Assembly: GCF_052425735.1 (NCBI RefSeq)
Contig: NC_135759.1
Coordinates: 30,070,001-30,134,000, forward strand
Length of the DNA: 64,000 bases
Source: Oculina patagonica
Taxonomy: Eukaryota
Direction of reading: 5' to 3'
Shown: positions 48,425-61,600 of the stretch, in pieces
Layout of the letters: the number at the start of each line of letters is the position of its first letter
Position numbering within the stretch: position 1 is the stretch's first letter
Notes under the pieces: model-generated
What the model saw: the letters and a program-made list of their open reading frames with translations, nothing else
Databases searched by the model: none
What the model was told of the DNA's origin: nothing
Program-made: the position numbers and the translations under genes

Positions 48425-51400
48425 TTTTTTTTTTTAAACCTTAAGTCCTTGTAGTAGGGAGAATCGCTTACTGACCTCTAATATGAAGTCTCCTGTCTTA
48501 ACACCCTGCACGTCTGCCTGTCCTCCTTTCTCAAGTTCTCCAAAGTACTGTAGAGCTGGGAACTCAGTGGTTGGAACGAAATTCAGTCGTGGAACTTGCG
48601 CTGTCGGTGAAAATATTAAAGTAAGCAACAACGCCATCTTCACTATCTAAAGTGAAATACTTCTGTTCTTAGTGTTTGAAACGGTTCAGATAGCTCACGT
48701 GTTAGACCTGACACAAACTAAAGGCAAAGCTTCCTATAACTTTTTTGGTTGTTTGCCATTTTCTGCCATTTTTTCCATAAAAAAGTACAAGTTGAGTTTT
48801 TGGCCGGAATCTCAACCTCGAAAATTAACTAAGCTCAGTGAAATCTTCAGAGACATGATAACAAACGTATCCTGGTGGCGGTAGGCAATGACTCGCATAT
48901 TAGACTATATAGCCCGTGCAATATCTGACTGAAAAAATAGTTCTTGACTGCAGTACGTACTGTACAGCAAAAATACGTATTGTTACAACATAAGTTATCA
49001 TTGAATTTTAACCATTATAGCCACGCTATTTGGGTCTTATCGCAACGATTCCGAACGCTTTGCCTTTTGTGAAGCCTTGCGCTGAAACACAAACGAAGCA
49101 GATCACTTACAATTCGCTCCTCTCATCTGAAAGCCAAAGCCAGCTTTGCTTCTTTTTAGAGTAACTAGACGAGGAGCTTCAGCGCCGTTCTTTAATCCAA
49201 TATGGTTCATATCTTGGAAATCACTGAAATAGCGAGATGCGATACAATCAAATGACTTAACAGATAACTGTACCATTACTTAGCATACTCCGTTTTACCC
49301 CAAATGGCTGAGGAAGCTGTAAACCGCTATTCTTTCTAACACTTTATACAACACATAGGAAAGCAAGATCTGTACAAGACCGCTAATAATAAACTTAAGC
49401 GTTAGCAATACTCTAATTTAACAACAGTCGTAAAGCTAAATAACAGCCAAAAAATAAACAATAAAATAATAAATATATTGACGAATTATGCTGACGTGAA
49501 ATTGCATGTTGAACTCTAAGAAACCTACCCTTTGGCGTGTGATGGTGGCCGACCAAATAGTGTCTTCGGTCTACTTTTGCCTGGCAAATTACAAATAAAA
49601 TCAACAAAGTCAAACAAAGAAAAGCTGAAAGAGCATTTAAGCGTATACACCTAGGCTTTATCACCGGCCGTCCCGGGGAGGGGAGAGGTGGGGAAGAGCA
49701 TCTCCTTCGTAACCGTTATGTGGGCGTAACGCCACGCTTTTCCCAAACAAGTGGAGAGAATCATCGCGTGACATGCAAATAACAGCTGTGACGGAGACTA
49801 CCTTTGGGACTGTACCAATGAAAACCCTTTTTTGTAAATCAACTTGAACTACCGTTAGTCTGATTGTCACGCAACGGTTGACAACGAAAACAAACGGCTA
49901 CGAAGGAAACTTTTTTCTCCTTGCAGAATAGGGATACACACATGTACACAGATGATGAGATGTTTTACGGAGAGATTTTTAAGTGAATCACGAGATTGGA
50001 CTGCCTGTGATATGGGAAACTAACCAATATAGCAATATTTAAGTCACGTACCTTTTCCTTTCTTTTCTTGTACGTATGAATGATGAAACCAGCCAGTTGA
50101 ATTTCCCACTCGTCCTTCCCAGTAGCCTTTTTCGCCAACATACAACACTGAAAACACAACAAATTACACCACTTAACAAGAAAAAGAACTTCAACTTATT
50201 GAAACAATATGGCATGTTTTCAGTTACTCCCATCAATAAGATTGGCACAGTAATTCCGAACGATTTATAATAAATGGGTTTTTACGAGTTGACAGTGGAC
50301 GAGAGAGAAATGAAAGCCAAATAAGTATTGCTTCAGCAATCAGTTAATGTATACAAATAACTAACATTGAAACGCCTCAGTTTTATTATCTCTGAAAACT
50401 GTGAATTCTGCTATTCACTCAACAAATAACATCACGCAATGCGATTACTGTTGTTCCAGATCACCTTCCGTCTGACCTCTAATCTATAGATCGCTAAAAC
50501 CTCAACATAAATACCACAAAAGCGACAAAAACTCGACTAAGTGTTCGATTGGATATTGTTCCTTACAAAATGAATCATTGTTAAGCAAAATGAAAAGAGC
50601 ATTTGCGTTGAGTCGATTCTTCTCGGTCAATTTGTTTTCCACTCGAAAAGAAAAACACAACTGAGGGGTCATACTGGCCGTTTAATTTAGTTCTAGAACG
50701 TGTCACTGCGTGTCACTACCAGGCCGCCGTACAGTTAAACCAGTTTATACTAATGGAACAACAGTATGTAAATAAAGTTTCTTATTTAATCTTATCTTAT
50801 CTAATCTCAGACTCCACCATAACGAAACATACCTTCAACTTCGTCGCCTTTCTCGAGCGCTAACTCTCCAGCCATCAAAGGTCGATAATCCCTGATGGCC
50901 ACAAATCTCTTCCCGGGCACGCTAGCGTACAGCCTCTTACGGATTGTTGCTGCTCCAGAAACGACTTTGACGGGTGGTACAACAGGTTTCTCCGAAATGT
51001 TTGGCATCGAGTAGTGCTGCCATGATCGCTTCTTTCGCTTTTCTTCGCGCGGGGACAGCTCGCCCGAGTCTGACCCCGAACCATACGATGAGTCCGAAGC
51101 CGTGGAACTCACGGATAGCGTTCGGTTCAAGTCCTTTTTGGATTGCTTATGAGTTTCTATTTCGCCATTCATTGTTATGTTGTGTTCATCAACTGATGCC
51201 GTTTCCGAGGCCGTGGTAGATGGAACACTGTGGGTGGACGAACCAGGCGACGGCGGCGTTGAGTCGCTCTGCGCCGACAGCTGAGTATCCGAAGATGTCC
51301 GAGGAAACAACGAAGATGCCTTCGGCTTAGAAACGGATTTGCGACGGCGGGTACTGTAAGTGGGTTTTGCAGAGAGCTTGACTGAAAGAAAGAATAACAA

Positions 51401-54400
51401 ATTAGTAAAAATCTGTTAATGAATCAGCGAGGACTAGTTCAAAGATCAAGTTTAAAGAGAAAACCAAACAAAAGAGTAATAAAAACATGAAGAGAACACC
51501 TTTAAGAAAGAACTTATTGTACAATGTACCTATATCTTTATCTCTAAAACTCCTTATCAACTCGGCAAGTTCTTTATTCCCACTAACAGCGGCCACCTGC
51601 AGGATCAACAAAAAAATTTCTGGTTAACAAGTACTTTAACGATAACACTCACTTTGTTTTAAATCTTGCACAGCAGATGTTTCGTACCACTGAATAAATA
51701 TGTACTTCTTTATGCCCGAGCACTTACAGGAAGATAGAAAATAGAAGATTCTTAGACTTCACAGGCCGAAACTAAAATAAGGGGAAATTATAACTGGAAC
51801 TTTTCCTTTCTTGTGAAGAAGTAAGGATAATGAAAGTAAATTGGGACTTGTCTCCTATTTCAGACAACTGAACTAGCATGAAGCGGGAAGTATTATCTAC
51901 CAGACAGAGGGCCGGCGTACAGTGTATAATATTAATGAAGTATAAGCTTAATTTGCATCCTTGATTTGGAAACTTGGCAGCACTTGTCAGATGCGCGTAG
52001 AATAAAAATACATTGTATTCTTTTATTAGTTTTTCCCAATGGCATTTACGTAAACTCGTTCCAAACTTTAAAATGCGTAAAGGAAATAAATGTACACATG
52101 TTGTAGCGACTTTTGGTAAATGTGCTGAAAAATATCGACCAATATTTGATAATTCAGGTGCAAAGTTAAATAAAATAAACAAATATAAGAAAGCAAACTG
52201 AAATTGACTGATTTGCATAAATACAGATTAGCTCGACCTCCTTTCAAGTTGGACAGTTATGACATCTACTTAAGTTCTATGTCCAGGTTACTGTTTCACA
52301 GTAATATGGCTCTAGGAGAAATTTCTCGGCCAGACGCAATGTGGAACTAGTACAAGTTTGCTCACGGACTGCGGGTAGAACGGTACTTGAATAAGGATGT
52401 TGCAAGATTCTTCAAGTTCTCACTGCCTCCCTGTCACCTGTTGCCTCAAACTAAAGTCGCAAATTCATGGAGGCGGTGTTGGATCTCAATTAAGAACCAT
52501 AAAGAAAAACATATACGAAAGCCGCTAGCGAAAAACGTTCTTGGACAGACTTGCAGAAAAGAACATACAAAAAAAACTAATGTTAAGCTAGGCTATAAAG
52601 TCTTTTTCAGCTCAATTTTTCTATCCGAATAAATGGTTTGTTTCGTCGGAGAAGGTGGATCCAGACAAGACCGTATTTTATGAGTGTCTGTCGAAAATGT
52701 AAGGACTAGGTTTAGCAGCTAAATACAGAGATATTACGATGTTTTCTTTTTTCTTTTTCTCACAATCATCATTAGAACAAGACGATAATTATTTAAGAAA
52801 AAATTCTAGCGTGACCAAAAGCGTGACCGTCACAGTTTTTACACATCCAACATTATAGCTAACTTTAGCAGGTAAAACAAAGGTAAGATAAACGATCGAT
52901 CAGCTCAGTCATAAATCCGTCTGTACTGGATGCTAATTAACTTCACCTGTGAAGTCCTTCTACGGTTCATAAATGCATTCAGCCATTAACCCGATTGGAA
53001 GTTGCGAGAAGAATATTCGTTCCACCAACTTTTTCATTTGCATGTACAGTTACACGAAAAGGGCAAAAAACAGGAATTGCTGGTGGTAACAGGATGTTTG
53101 TTGATATTTCCTCGGCCTCAAGGTTATAAACTTACGTACATCCTAGATTTGTTTAGAAATAAAAACACAAACAGCCTTGTCTCGAACTCAGTATGGTTGA
53201 GCCTCAAGGCATATATTCATCGAGGGCCTTGTGTGTGATGAATACTCGTAAATCAATCTCCACGAAACTTGAACTAAAATTAATGAATAGGTACATGATA
53301 CGGTAGAAGCTTTACCTACAACAAAGTTGAACTCTAACAAAAGGTCTCCTTAGAAATACTGTAACCTGGATAATGAGCAAGTCTTGTAATACGATACCAG
53401 CGCAACAAACAATATAATATTGTTCTTTACAATTATGCAAAATTGGATCGCAAGTTGCGCTTTCTTCAATGTCACGCGAACTTAAATAAACAGCTTCGCG
53501 GTAAAACCGAACGTTGATCCAACTAGATTACAATTGACTATTTGCACATCGGGGTGTCAGGTAAAATTAGAAACCAACAGGATCAAGAGGTACCCTGTGC
53601 TGAATTTTGAAAATTAAGCGCAATAATGCAATATAAATTCAAATTTAACACTAAACCACAACGATCAAGTTACACGTCAAGCTTGATTTTAGGCCAAACC
53701 CCACGCAAACGAAACTTTTGTTGTAGCTATTTTTTAGGATCACAAACTTAGAAAATAAACTGAGCTCTCTGTCCGAGAACTTTCGACTAAGACCGCTCAG
53801 ACGTTACCTTACCTCGTATGCAGATTGGTTGGCGTAGTTCAGAATATTCCTTTTTGCTCCTCTGAACAGCAACACTCTTGTACATTCATCCTAACGGAAG
53901 AAACCAACACGAAATTGAAACACATCCATACATACTAAAACGATAACTTCAGTTCCTGAAGCAACGCAATTACCGCAACGTCTAATTGCGTATTATTAAA
54001 CGTGCGAATTATAATACGTCTCAATCCGTTAGATCGTGCGATATGAAAACTCTCGGAAACTGATTCTGGGAAAGTTGTCGCCTTCACATATTCTAATACG
54101 TAATTTAAAGAGCTTAATAGTCACCAGTTCTGTAGTTTGCGATAAATTCTTCTCTAACACGTGGCGTGATACCGATCGCTGTGCAAACTTTTCAATATAA
54201 TTTTTGTTCAGTCCGTTTTACAATGACGTGACCACCGAAGCATTTCCTAGCGAATACAAGTACCGCATTTTACAGCGTATGCATAAATATATTACACATT
54301 GTGACCATGACTTGCCAAAAATAGAGGATATCGGTGACATTTAAAATTCAGGTGTAGGAAAACGTTTGCGGATTGGATAAAGACATATCTATATTTGTTC

Positions 54401-57400
54401 CTTAATGTGTTAGCAAACTAAAACGAGCGACAGTCTAAACAAAGCCACAATTGAATTACTGATTTTGAACAGGAAAAAAAAACATCGTCTAATAATATGC
54501 AAGGTGAATGATCTCTTATGCAAACTATTTCCCTTCCAATCGAATTTCAGAATTATACCGTTGATAATCAAAACATTATAAGCTTTCTTGGCCAACTATC
54601 AATAATTCATTCAGCGTCCAATTAATGACTTCCTTTAACCAAGCAAAAATAAAAAGAGACAAAAAGAGACAAAACGCGAAAGCGGAATTCAAGTGGCGGG
54701 CAAAGACACAAGCTCCTGGGTGGTCAAGCATCGTAACAACAAAGGTTATTGAAATTTAACAGCAGTGGTTCCTCTTACTGCATAAACCACAATTGTAATG
54801 CAAACGAAACTTTACGCAATTCTAATTTAACAACATCGGTTTACTGATACACAAAAAGCTTAAAAAAACAAGGAGTCTATTATGTTAACAGTTTGAGGTG
54901 TTGTTTTATACAAAGCAACATGCTTATTCTAGTTTGTGTTACACAGTGCCTTTCTACATTGTAAACCACTACTAACAGTGCTTCAACACTTTCCAAGTCC
55001 CAAGGTCAGACACAAAATTTTTGTTACTGTTTATCATACAGTTTTCAATCATCTTACTTGGAGGAATTGAAATTTAAAATCATGATATTGATTTCCTGAG
55101 ATGATCAGACCCTTTACTTTCCTGTCCTAACCAAACTAACGTTTACAATAAAAGGTATGGAGAAGGTGCGAATTCATCAAAAATAGCTCTCTATTGTTGT
55201 TTAAGACAATATCTCCATACCCTCCCAAGGGAGGTTTATACTCTAGCGGCACCCCACCCCCCAAGGCACCACCAACCCTCTGAAAAATTCTGGTTTTCAC
55301 TTCATAGTTTACTTCAGAAACTTTGTCATGAACAGAAGTGATTAGAATTTTGATGATGGTCTTCATAAACTTGAAAGGTTAATGATTTTCGTAAGGTTGG
55401 GTACCTGATTATTCAGTGCAGCCACATGCAATGCTGTGTTTCCTGATGCTGTGCGAGCATCAATTTCAGCTCCATAATACAGCAAATGCTCCAGGTGTTG
55501 AACAAGACCATTTTTACATGCCTGATAAATAAAATAACACAACTCAAGTCCTGAAATACCTGTAGGCATTCTTGTATGTAGGTTGCAATTGTCTGGGCAA
55601 GTTTGACATAAAAACTACTTGCTAGTAATTATATATGCAAACAAGTGGCTGAAAAAGTAATGCTTATGTATCAGTCAATTCCAGGTGAGATCATGCCCCC
55701 CCCCCCCCCTCCCTCCCCGGGCAAACCCCCAGACATCTGACTTTTTTCAAAATGTCTGATCAAATTCCCCACTATGTAGGCCAGTTGCACGGTGTCAAAT
55801 GCCACACTGGTCGGGACTGACTGTCATTGTGAGTTGGGTTTTCTCCTTAACACCAGGTCTACACGGAAACTTAGCCCTATTAATCAGCCAATTTTAATAT
55901 GATAACTAAAGATACATTTACATTAACGTAGCGAAATACTAACTTCATGTGCTTGCGCTTGCTGGTGTTTTTATATAGTTTATGATGTACACATTTTGTC
56001 TACCGTCAACTATATCAGAGCTTGACTGAACATGGTCATGTACATGACAACTGTTACATTGAGAGGCTGCGTGGCGGAGTGGTTAGAGCGCCGGACTTGA
56101 AATCCGGAGGTCGCGGGTTCAAGTCCCGTTCTGACCACTAGCTGGTGTTATTTTCCGTAGCCCCGAATTCAACTCCTTGGCTACGCTTGTTAATAGCCAT
56201 CTCGTCTGCCTCCTGCCAGTTGGGATTCTTAATCATGTTACGTTTATTTACAATTTTATTTCAGAGTTAGTTTACATTGGCCCTGAAAAGCCCCATTCGG
56301 GGAGTGGTCAAATACATGCATATATACACATGCATATATACATATACAACAATCATTTAATTTTGAGAACAGCCCAGAAACTCAATGATTTAGAAATATA
56401 ACATATACATTAGGTTTTAATTCAACCATGTGTAAATATGCGTAATAATTAATGTTAATGGTCTTCTTTGGTTATTTAGTAAAGGGCATTTTTTCTCAGA
56501 CTGAGAATAAGTCATTCTGGCTACCCTGAAAATCCAAGGAGAAATAAAATTTATAGTAAGTAAGTTGAGCTCACCAGGTGTATTTCTTGCATGCCTTGAT
56601 GATCAGAGATGTGAAGCTCAGCATGATCATTAAGAAGGATCTCACTGCAGTACGGGTCACCCCCATGTAGTACAGTGTGAAATAATGGTGACAGACCCTG
56701 CAGGGAAAACAATTCAAAATAATGTAAACATTCACTCCTTTATACTAGTACACCTTACAAAGGAAATTTCAAAGTAGGTAACAGTTCAGGCAAAATTTGG
56801 TTTGACTGTTAGAAAATTGTTATCATAGTAACAATATACATTGTACTATAAAAAGGGATACACAGTATTTTAACAGCATCATTAGCATGCTCTTAAAGTG
56901 AACTGGAAATCAACCTCCAACCACCATCTCATGTACATGCACATGTATGTGTACCTCGAACAAAGCTTTATAGCAGGTTAAACACAGATGTAACTCGGGT
57001 CGTTTTGCGAGGTACAGATAATGTTGTGCTTGCTCTAGACAGCAAAGGTCTTTAGCCACATAAATTAAGACTCGGAACTAGACTTCAGGGCTGTTTTGAA
57101 GGTGGTCATAACGATATTTGCCTTGAACTTTACCGTGACTATGCAATTTGTATGTACATGTACATGTATGTCTACATGTACGTGAACATGTACATGTAAA
57201 TACATGTACACTTAGTACACGTACACATATGTGTACATGTACAATCAGGGCAGATAGAATGTGATTATCTTAATGTAGCCTTACCTTTAAGTCTTTGTAA
57301 TTTGGTGAAGCTCCAAAGTCTAAGAGGGTCTGCAAATAAAAGTGAGAATAAAAGTTAGGTAAAATACTAATACTAAACTATGTATCCAGATGCACATTAA

Positions 57401-60400
57401 TAACAAAATGTAATATGTTATAATAAGCATGACTTTATACCTTAACAGACATTGCCTTTCCAGAGGCAGCTGCTCTGTGCAGAGGTGTCAGTCCCTCTCT
57501 TGTCCTGTAGTCCAATAATGCTCCACCATTCACCAGCATGATTATCATTTCACAAGCATTGTCTTTGGTGACTGCTACTGATAGTGGCGTTTCTAAAAAT
57601 TGGACAGTAGCAATTATGTAAATTGAAGTACTTCTAAGTTGTACCTAGATAGTCAATAGAACGAAGTAAAAAGCAGTGAGCTTCATGTAACTGATCATAC
57701 AATTGTAAGGAATTCTCACAAGTTTCACTGGTTAACTTACATAGCTGTCAACTGACCAATACATATAAAGCTTACACACAGTAAGGATCATTTGGATAGA
57801 TCTGTAGAAGTATTCGCATCTGAAAAACTCTTTTCAAATTAAATTACCAACACAGTTATTGGGATGACACCTATCTTTGAGACTAATATTAACTGAGAGC
57901 CCTTTATTACCATTATTTTATTTATTAACATGCAGATCCCTATACACTGGGCTCATTCATCTTAACCACAAGCCATGAATTCTACCATAATAGTAGTCAT
58001 CATTAGTTAGATCTCACGGTAAAGTCAACAATTTGTCATATTCCGATCAGCGAAACTTTAATGCAGTACTGTATAGCTATTAAGTACCCTGCTGGTACAA
58101 CTTACCACCAGTTCGTTCATCATGAAAATTAGGATCAATTCCTCTTTCTGTCATCTTGCCAACTTGACTGACTGCATTGGAAGAGACCAACTCCATGAAC
58201 TTTCGCTGATTTGTCTGATAAAAGAAATTTTACAAAGGGATAATTGACACTAAAAACAGTGGAGCTTTTCGTTTTGCTGTACAACGGTTTCAAATACCAC
58301 TTTCCGGGTTAAGTCTTACAAAAGGTTGGCAACACTAGAATTTTTTAAACGCAACAGACCCACTTCTACAAAATACTGTATGACTAAGATCATTTGCCTC
58401 TCTTTTCTCATCTTTGATATTTTTAACTATAAATCCTGTAAACCATGTTGAATTGCGTGCGCCAATTTTTCAGAATCAGGGTAGTTTTCCACACGCTTTA
58501 TCTCTGAAACGAAGTCGGTGACCCCCACATTTTTTTAAATTTCTAACACAAGTAACCTATTATCTGACTGCTGTAAAAAATTTTAAAAAATCTATAGACT
58601 AGAAATTGTTCGCGCGAACATCCTTAAGCCAGTAACAGTCACATGAAACCAGTAACATGTACTGGGCATCAAATGTTAAAAAAACACACTTTTTCCCCTT
58701 TAAAGCCTGTATTATGTATGCACAATGTACATGTACATTCAGTACAGTACCGCCAGGAAATACATGTAATGTAGTTGAAGATAAGTTTACTGCACATCAC
58801 AAATTATCCATTTAATACAAGTCATTTTTTAGCAATCCTGCAACTCAATAATAACAATTGGCAGACGAGCCATGTACAATATTGTAACAAGTCATCTTTA
58901 TTCAGGGCTCGAGACTAACAGTAGCCAACTAGCCAAAGGCTACTAAAATTTAGGTTTTAGCTACCAGGTTAAGCATTTCTACTAGTTAGCCATTTGGCTA
59001 GTGAAAAACTCAGAAAAGTCAACTGTTCTTGATAGAAATCAATATACCTGACTAGTGAAAAATTACTTTTGGCTAGTAAAATCTGACATGTCACTAGCCA
59101 GTAAACCAGTGAGTTACCAAGTTAGTCACAAGCCCTGTTTATTCCACCTCACCTTTGCATTAACTTTTTGCAGAGTCTTTTGTTCATAAGTCACAGAACG
59201 GTAAATTCTTCTTTTGACTTTAAACTAATGGAAGAAAAATAACATTTTTACATTACTTTTTGGAAGGTACCAAAATAATTATTTGTTTGTTACATCCTTG
59301 TGCACTACAATGTTGCCTCTTTAACCTTTTAAGTCCTGATAGTGCCATTTGGCACATGAGGTCATAACTTGGTCAATATTTGTCTGATCAATTTGAATTT
59401 TTTCCACCAAAATTCCCTTGGAAAGATCTGCATTTTGAAAACATAAAATTGCTCCTCCCCCTGTTTGTGACTTGATTGACCACCTCTATAACTTTTGAAC
59501 CTTTTTTCCTGATAAGTATGAGATTCAACATAACTGAAATTAACCACAACACAGAGAGCTGCACAGTAAGCTATAGTTTAGGGGTATACCTACTATATAC
59601 GGAGATGCACACATTTTTAAACCTTTTTCTTTTTACGTTTTAAAGCCATTTCTTGCAAGGCCATTACTTTTCTATTATTTGTTGACATGTTTTATGAACT
59701 ATTCTAATCAATACCTTTCAAATGGTGTATCAAACATGGACATCCATTTAATATTTATTGATTTAGGAAAATAGACCAGTCCCCTTGTGGCTTAAAGGGT
59801 TAAAGAGCAACCTTTAAAGATTGACCTTTGACCTTTTTAAAGTTCTTGTCCATGCATTTGAAAACTGCCTCATATACACCTCAACCACTAACTCCTGAAT
59901 TTGTGATACTGCATGTCTCTTTCTGAATTCTACAAAAGTTTGATATAAATTTCATGTTCAAGAGCCTAAAGAATTTTTTCAACCCCTTAGCCTTTACCCT
60001 TAGTGGAAATTATTTAAACTTCCCTCAACTTTGACTGGACTCTTTTGCTTTCTTTTTAAAGTGCCCATGTCACCAATTTTTTTAGTTTTTCAAATGAAAG
60101 TCCGCATCGAAAAGGGAACTTCTGCTATATTTTTTTTTATTTGAACAAAATGCGACTCGTATTAGTATTCTCTCAGTCACAAAGGAGTTGTCACGTAGGT
60201 TAAGGAACTAATACTGCAGATCCAAAAAAAACTTCAGAGAGATCTTAATAAAGACATTTCTCCAAGCAGTTCAGGCTGGCAGTTCAAAGTTGTTTTGTCA
60301 AATATACACAAGAACTAGCCGACTATGCGTCATTTGCTTATAGTAAACCTAAGAGCCATGGCAACAAGCATTTCTGAAGCGAAAGGGGTGTACCAAACAA

Positions 60401-61600
60401 TAGTAGGCTTTAAAAATTTATAAAAAATTCATATTTTGTTCAAATCAAAAAGGTTTGCAGAAGTGCCTTTTTCAATGCGGACTTTCACTTTAAAAATAAA
60501 AAAAAAATTGGTGATATGGGCACTTTAAATTCACCTACATGTAAGCCTTAGATACAAGCTAAAATTTTACTTTTAATTTAAGGTGCATTAAAAGTGCTTC
60601 AAGGTAAATTCTATGATCCTAAGAAAAAATCTACACCTTACAAAGGAATATTGTCAAAAAGAGAGGGTTTCAATCTGACCCAATAAAATGTACATGCAAG
60701 TACATGTATGTACATACCTCAAGAACTGGAGGAGAACCAGACAAGGGGTAATCACTAAATGGCCTTTCCTCTTCAAGAAACTTGCCAGACTTTCCATTAC
60801 AGGGAGGGTCATAGAATCCATAATTTATAGCATCTTTAACACCCTAAAAAAAATAATAAAACAAGGATTTTCAAACTTTTCACAATATCAGACTGTAAAG
60901 TTGAAAATGCCACTTTACTGAGGCGCAGTGCCCTAATGGTAAGTGCACCACACAGCAGAGCAGATGTTTAGGGTTTGAGCCCTGGCCGGGGTCACTGTGT
61001 TGTGTTCTTGGGCAAAACACTTTACCCTCATAGGACCTCTCTCCACCCAGGTGTATAAATGGGCTGGCAAAATAAGATAAGATAAGATTTTATTTACCTC
61101 TCCAAAAATGGTTTTTCAGGGCAAATTACAATAAAATGTTAAAAATGTACAGCTAAAAAATAACATCATTCTAAATATTAAAAAGGGTTACGTTGGGGGG
61201 GGGACCCTGCGATGGACTAGCATCACATGCAGAGGGGAGTAGAAATATTCCTAGCTGCTTTATGCTATTGAAACCGGGATAACAATAAGCTTCGGCAGTA
61301 TGCGCCACTTGGCTCGAGGCTGCCCTTTTTGTTTTCTTTTCAGCCACAATGTACAATAATATGCGTAGATGCTGTATAGATGTGACCAGTAGTTTCTTGC
61401 ATGTTGCAAATGACAGCTACTAATAAAATGAAAAGAACCATAGCATTCATGTTACAGGTACCAATGAAAGCAGAACAAAACCATGCAGTGCAACTACTGA
61501 TTAGAAATGACCCTTGTACATCATTTACCTTTATCAACTCATTAATCACTTGCAGTTTGGCAGACCACACTTTGTCATGTACATCAAAATGATAAAGACC
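42539..61600 (-). CDS. SHANK: SH3 and multiple ankyrin repeat domains protein (SHANK); start exon unresolved
   Basis: In-frame GT-AG exons: 61600-61529, 60843-60718 (SPN: DAINYG...GKFLEEER), 59224-59153, 58214-58106, 57592-57441, 57329-57285, 56697-56575, 55521-55405, 53890-53813, 51596-51530 (ankyrin repeats), 51381-50833, 50147-50052 (SH3), 49580-49529, 49223-49111, 48600-48476, 48109-47971 (PDZ: GFGFQMRGA...FPALQY), 47363-47265 (PPPPNRDPSTTLTL), 46765-44046 (Pro-rich), probable microexon 42976-42951, 42779-42539 (SAM). Confidence 0.95.
43641..43979. mobile_element. Tc1/mariner-type MITE, same family as 7556-7890, opposite orientation
   Basis: TA|ccgtaaaact ... attttgcgg|TA; the interior is the reverse-complement homologue of 7556-7890. 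Confidence 0.85.
44046..46765 (-). CDS. SHANK: SHANK large proline/serine-rich exon (2720 nt)
   Basis: Lies within the 919-aa ORF; contains KPPVPPKP and PPPPEF motifs. Confidence 0.92.
48270..48436. repeat. Poly-T low-complexity tract (possibly base-calling error)
   Basis: Long T homopolymers directly visible. Confidence 0.7.
50833..51381 (-). CDS. SHANK: SHANK exon: post-ankyrin linker and first half of SH3
   Basis: RKRLYASVPGKRFVAIRDYRPLMAGELALEKGDEVE is the characteristic SHANK SH3 start. Confidence 0.92.
56063..56348 (+). mobile_element. tRNA-derived SINE with Meta-domain-like core
   Basis: A-box tggcggagtgg and B-box ggttcaagtcc, then aactccttggctacgcttg...tgcctcctgccagttgggattcttaa (MetaSINE-like, recalled) and a (CATA/TA)n tail. 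Confidence 0.8.
58903..59137. mobile_element. MITE with cagggct(c/t)g(a/t)gactaac TIRs
   Basis: 17-bp imperfect TIRs, with tttatt on both flanks. Confidence 0.75.
59325..59799. mobile_element. piggyBac-like MITE (TTAA flanks)
   Basis: TTAA|ccttttaag ... cttaaaggg|TTAA. Confidence 0.55.
60060..60524. mobile_element. Kolobok-like MITE with long TIRs and TTAA target duplication
   Basis: TTAA|agtgcccatgtcaccaatttt...gaaagtccgcat ... atgcggactttc...aaaattggtgatatgggcact|TTAA; the inverted similarity extends about 90 bp. Confidence 0.8.
60921..61320 (+). mobile_element. CORE-like SINE interrupted by ~120-bp AT-rich insert
   Basis: Decayed tRNA head and a tgtgttcttgggcaaaacacttt...ctctccacccaggtgtataaatggg core; the 3' part resumes at ~61195 (ccctgcgatggactagcatc). 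Confidence 0.7.

Noticed and set aside
56063-56140. tRNA-Ser(TGA)-like sequence
   Set aside because: Lacks the long variable arm and a proper acceptor stem, and runs directly into a SINE body; treated as a SINE head.
57145-57245. TACATG-type microsatellite array
   Set aside because: Irregular simple repeat; not CRISPR-like (no constant repeat with unique spacers).
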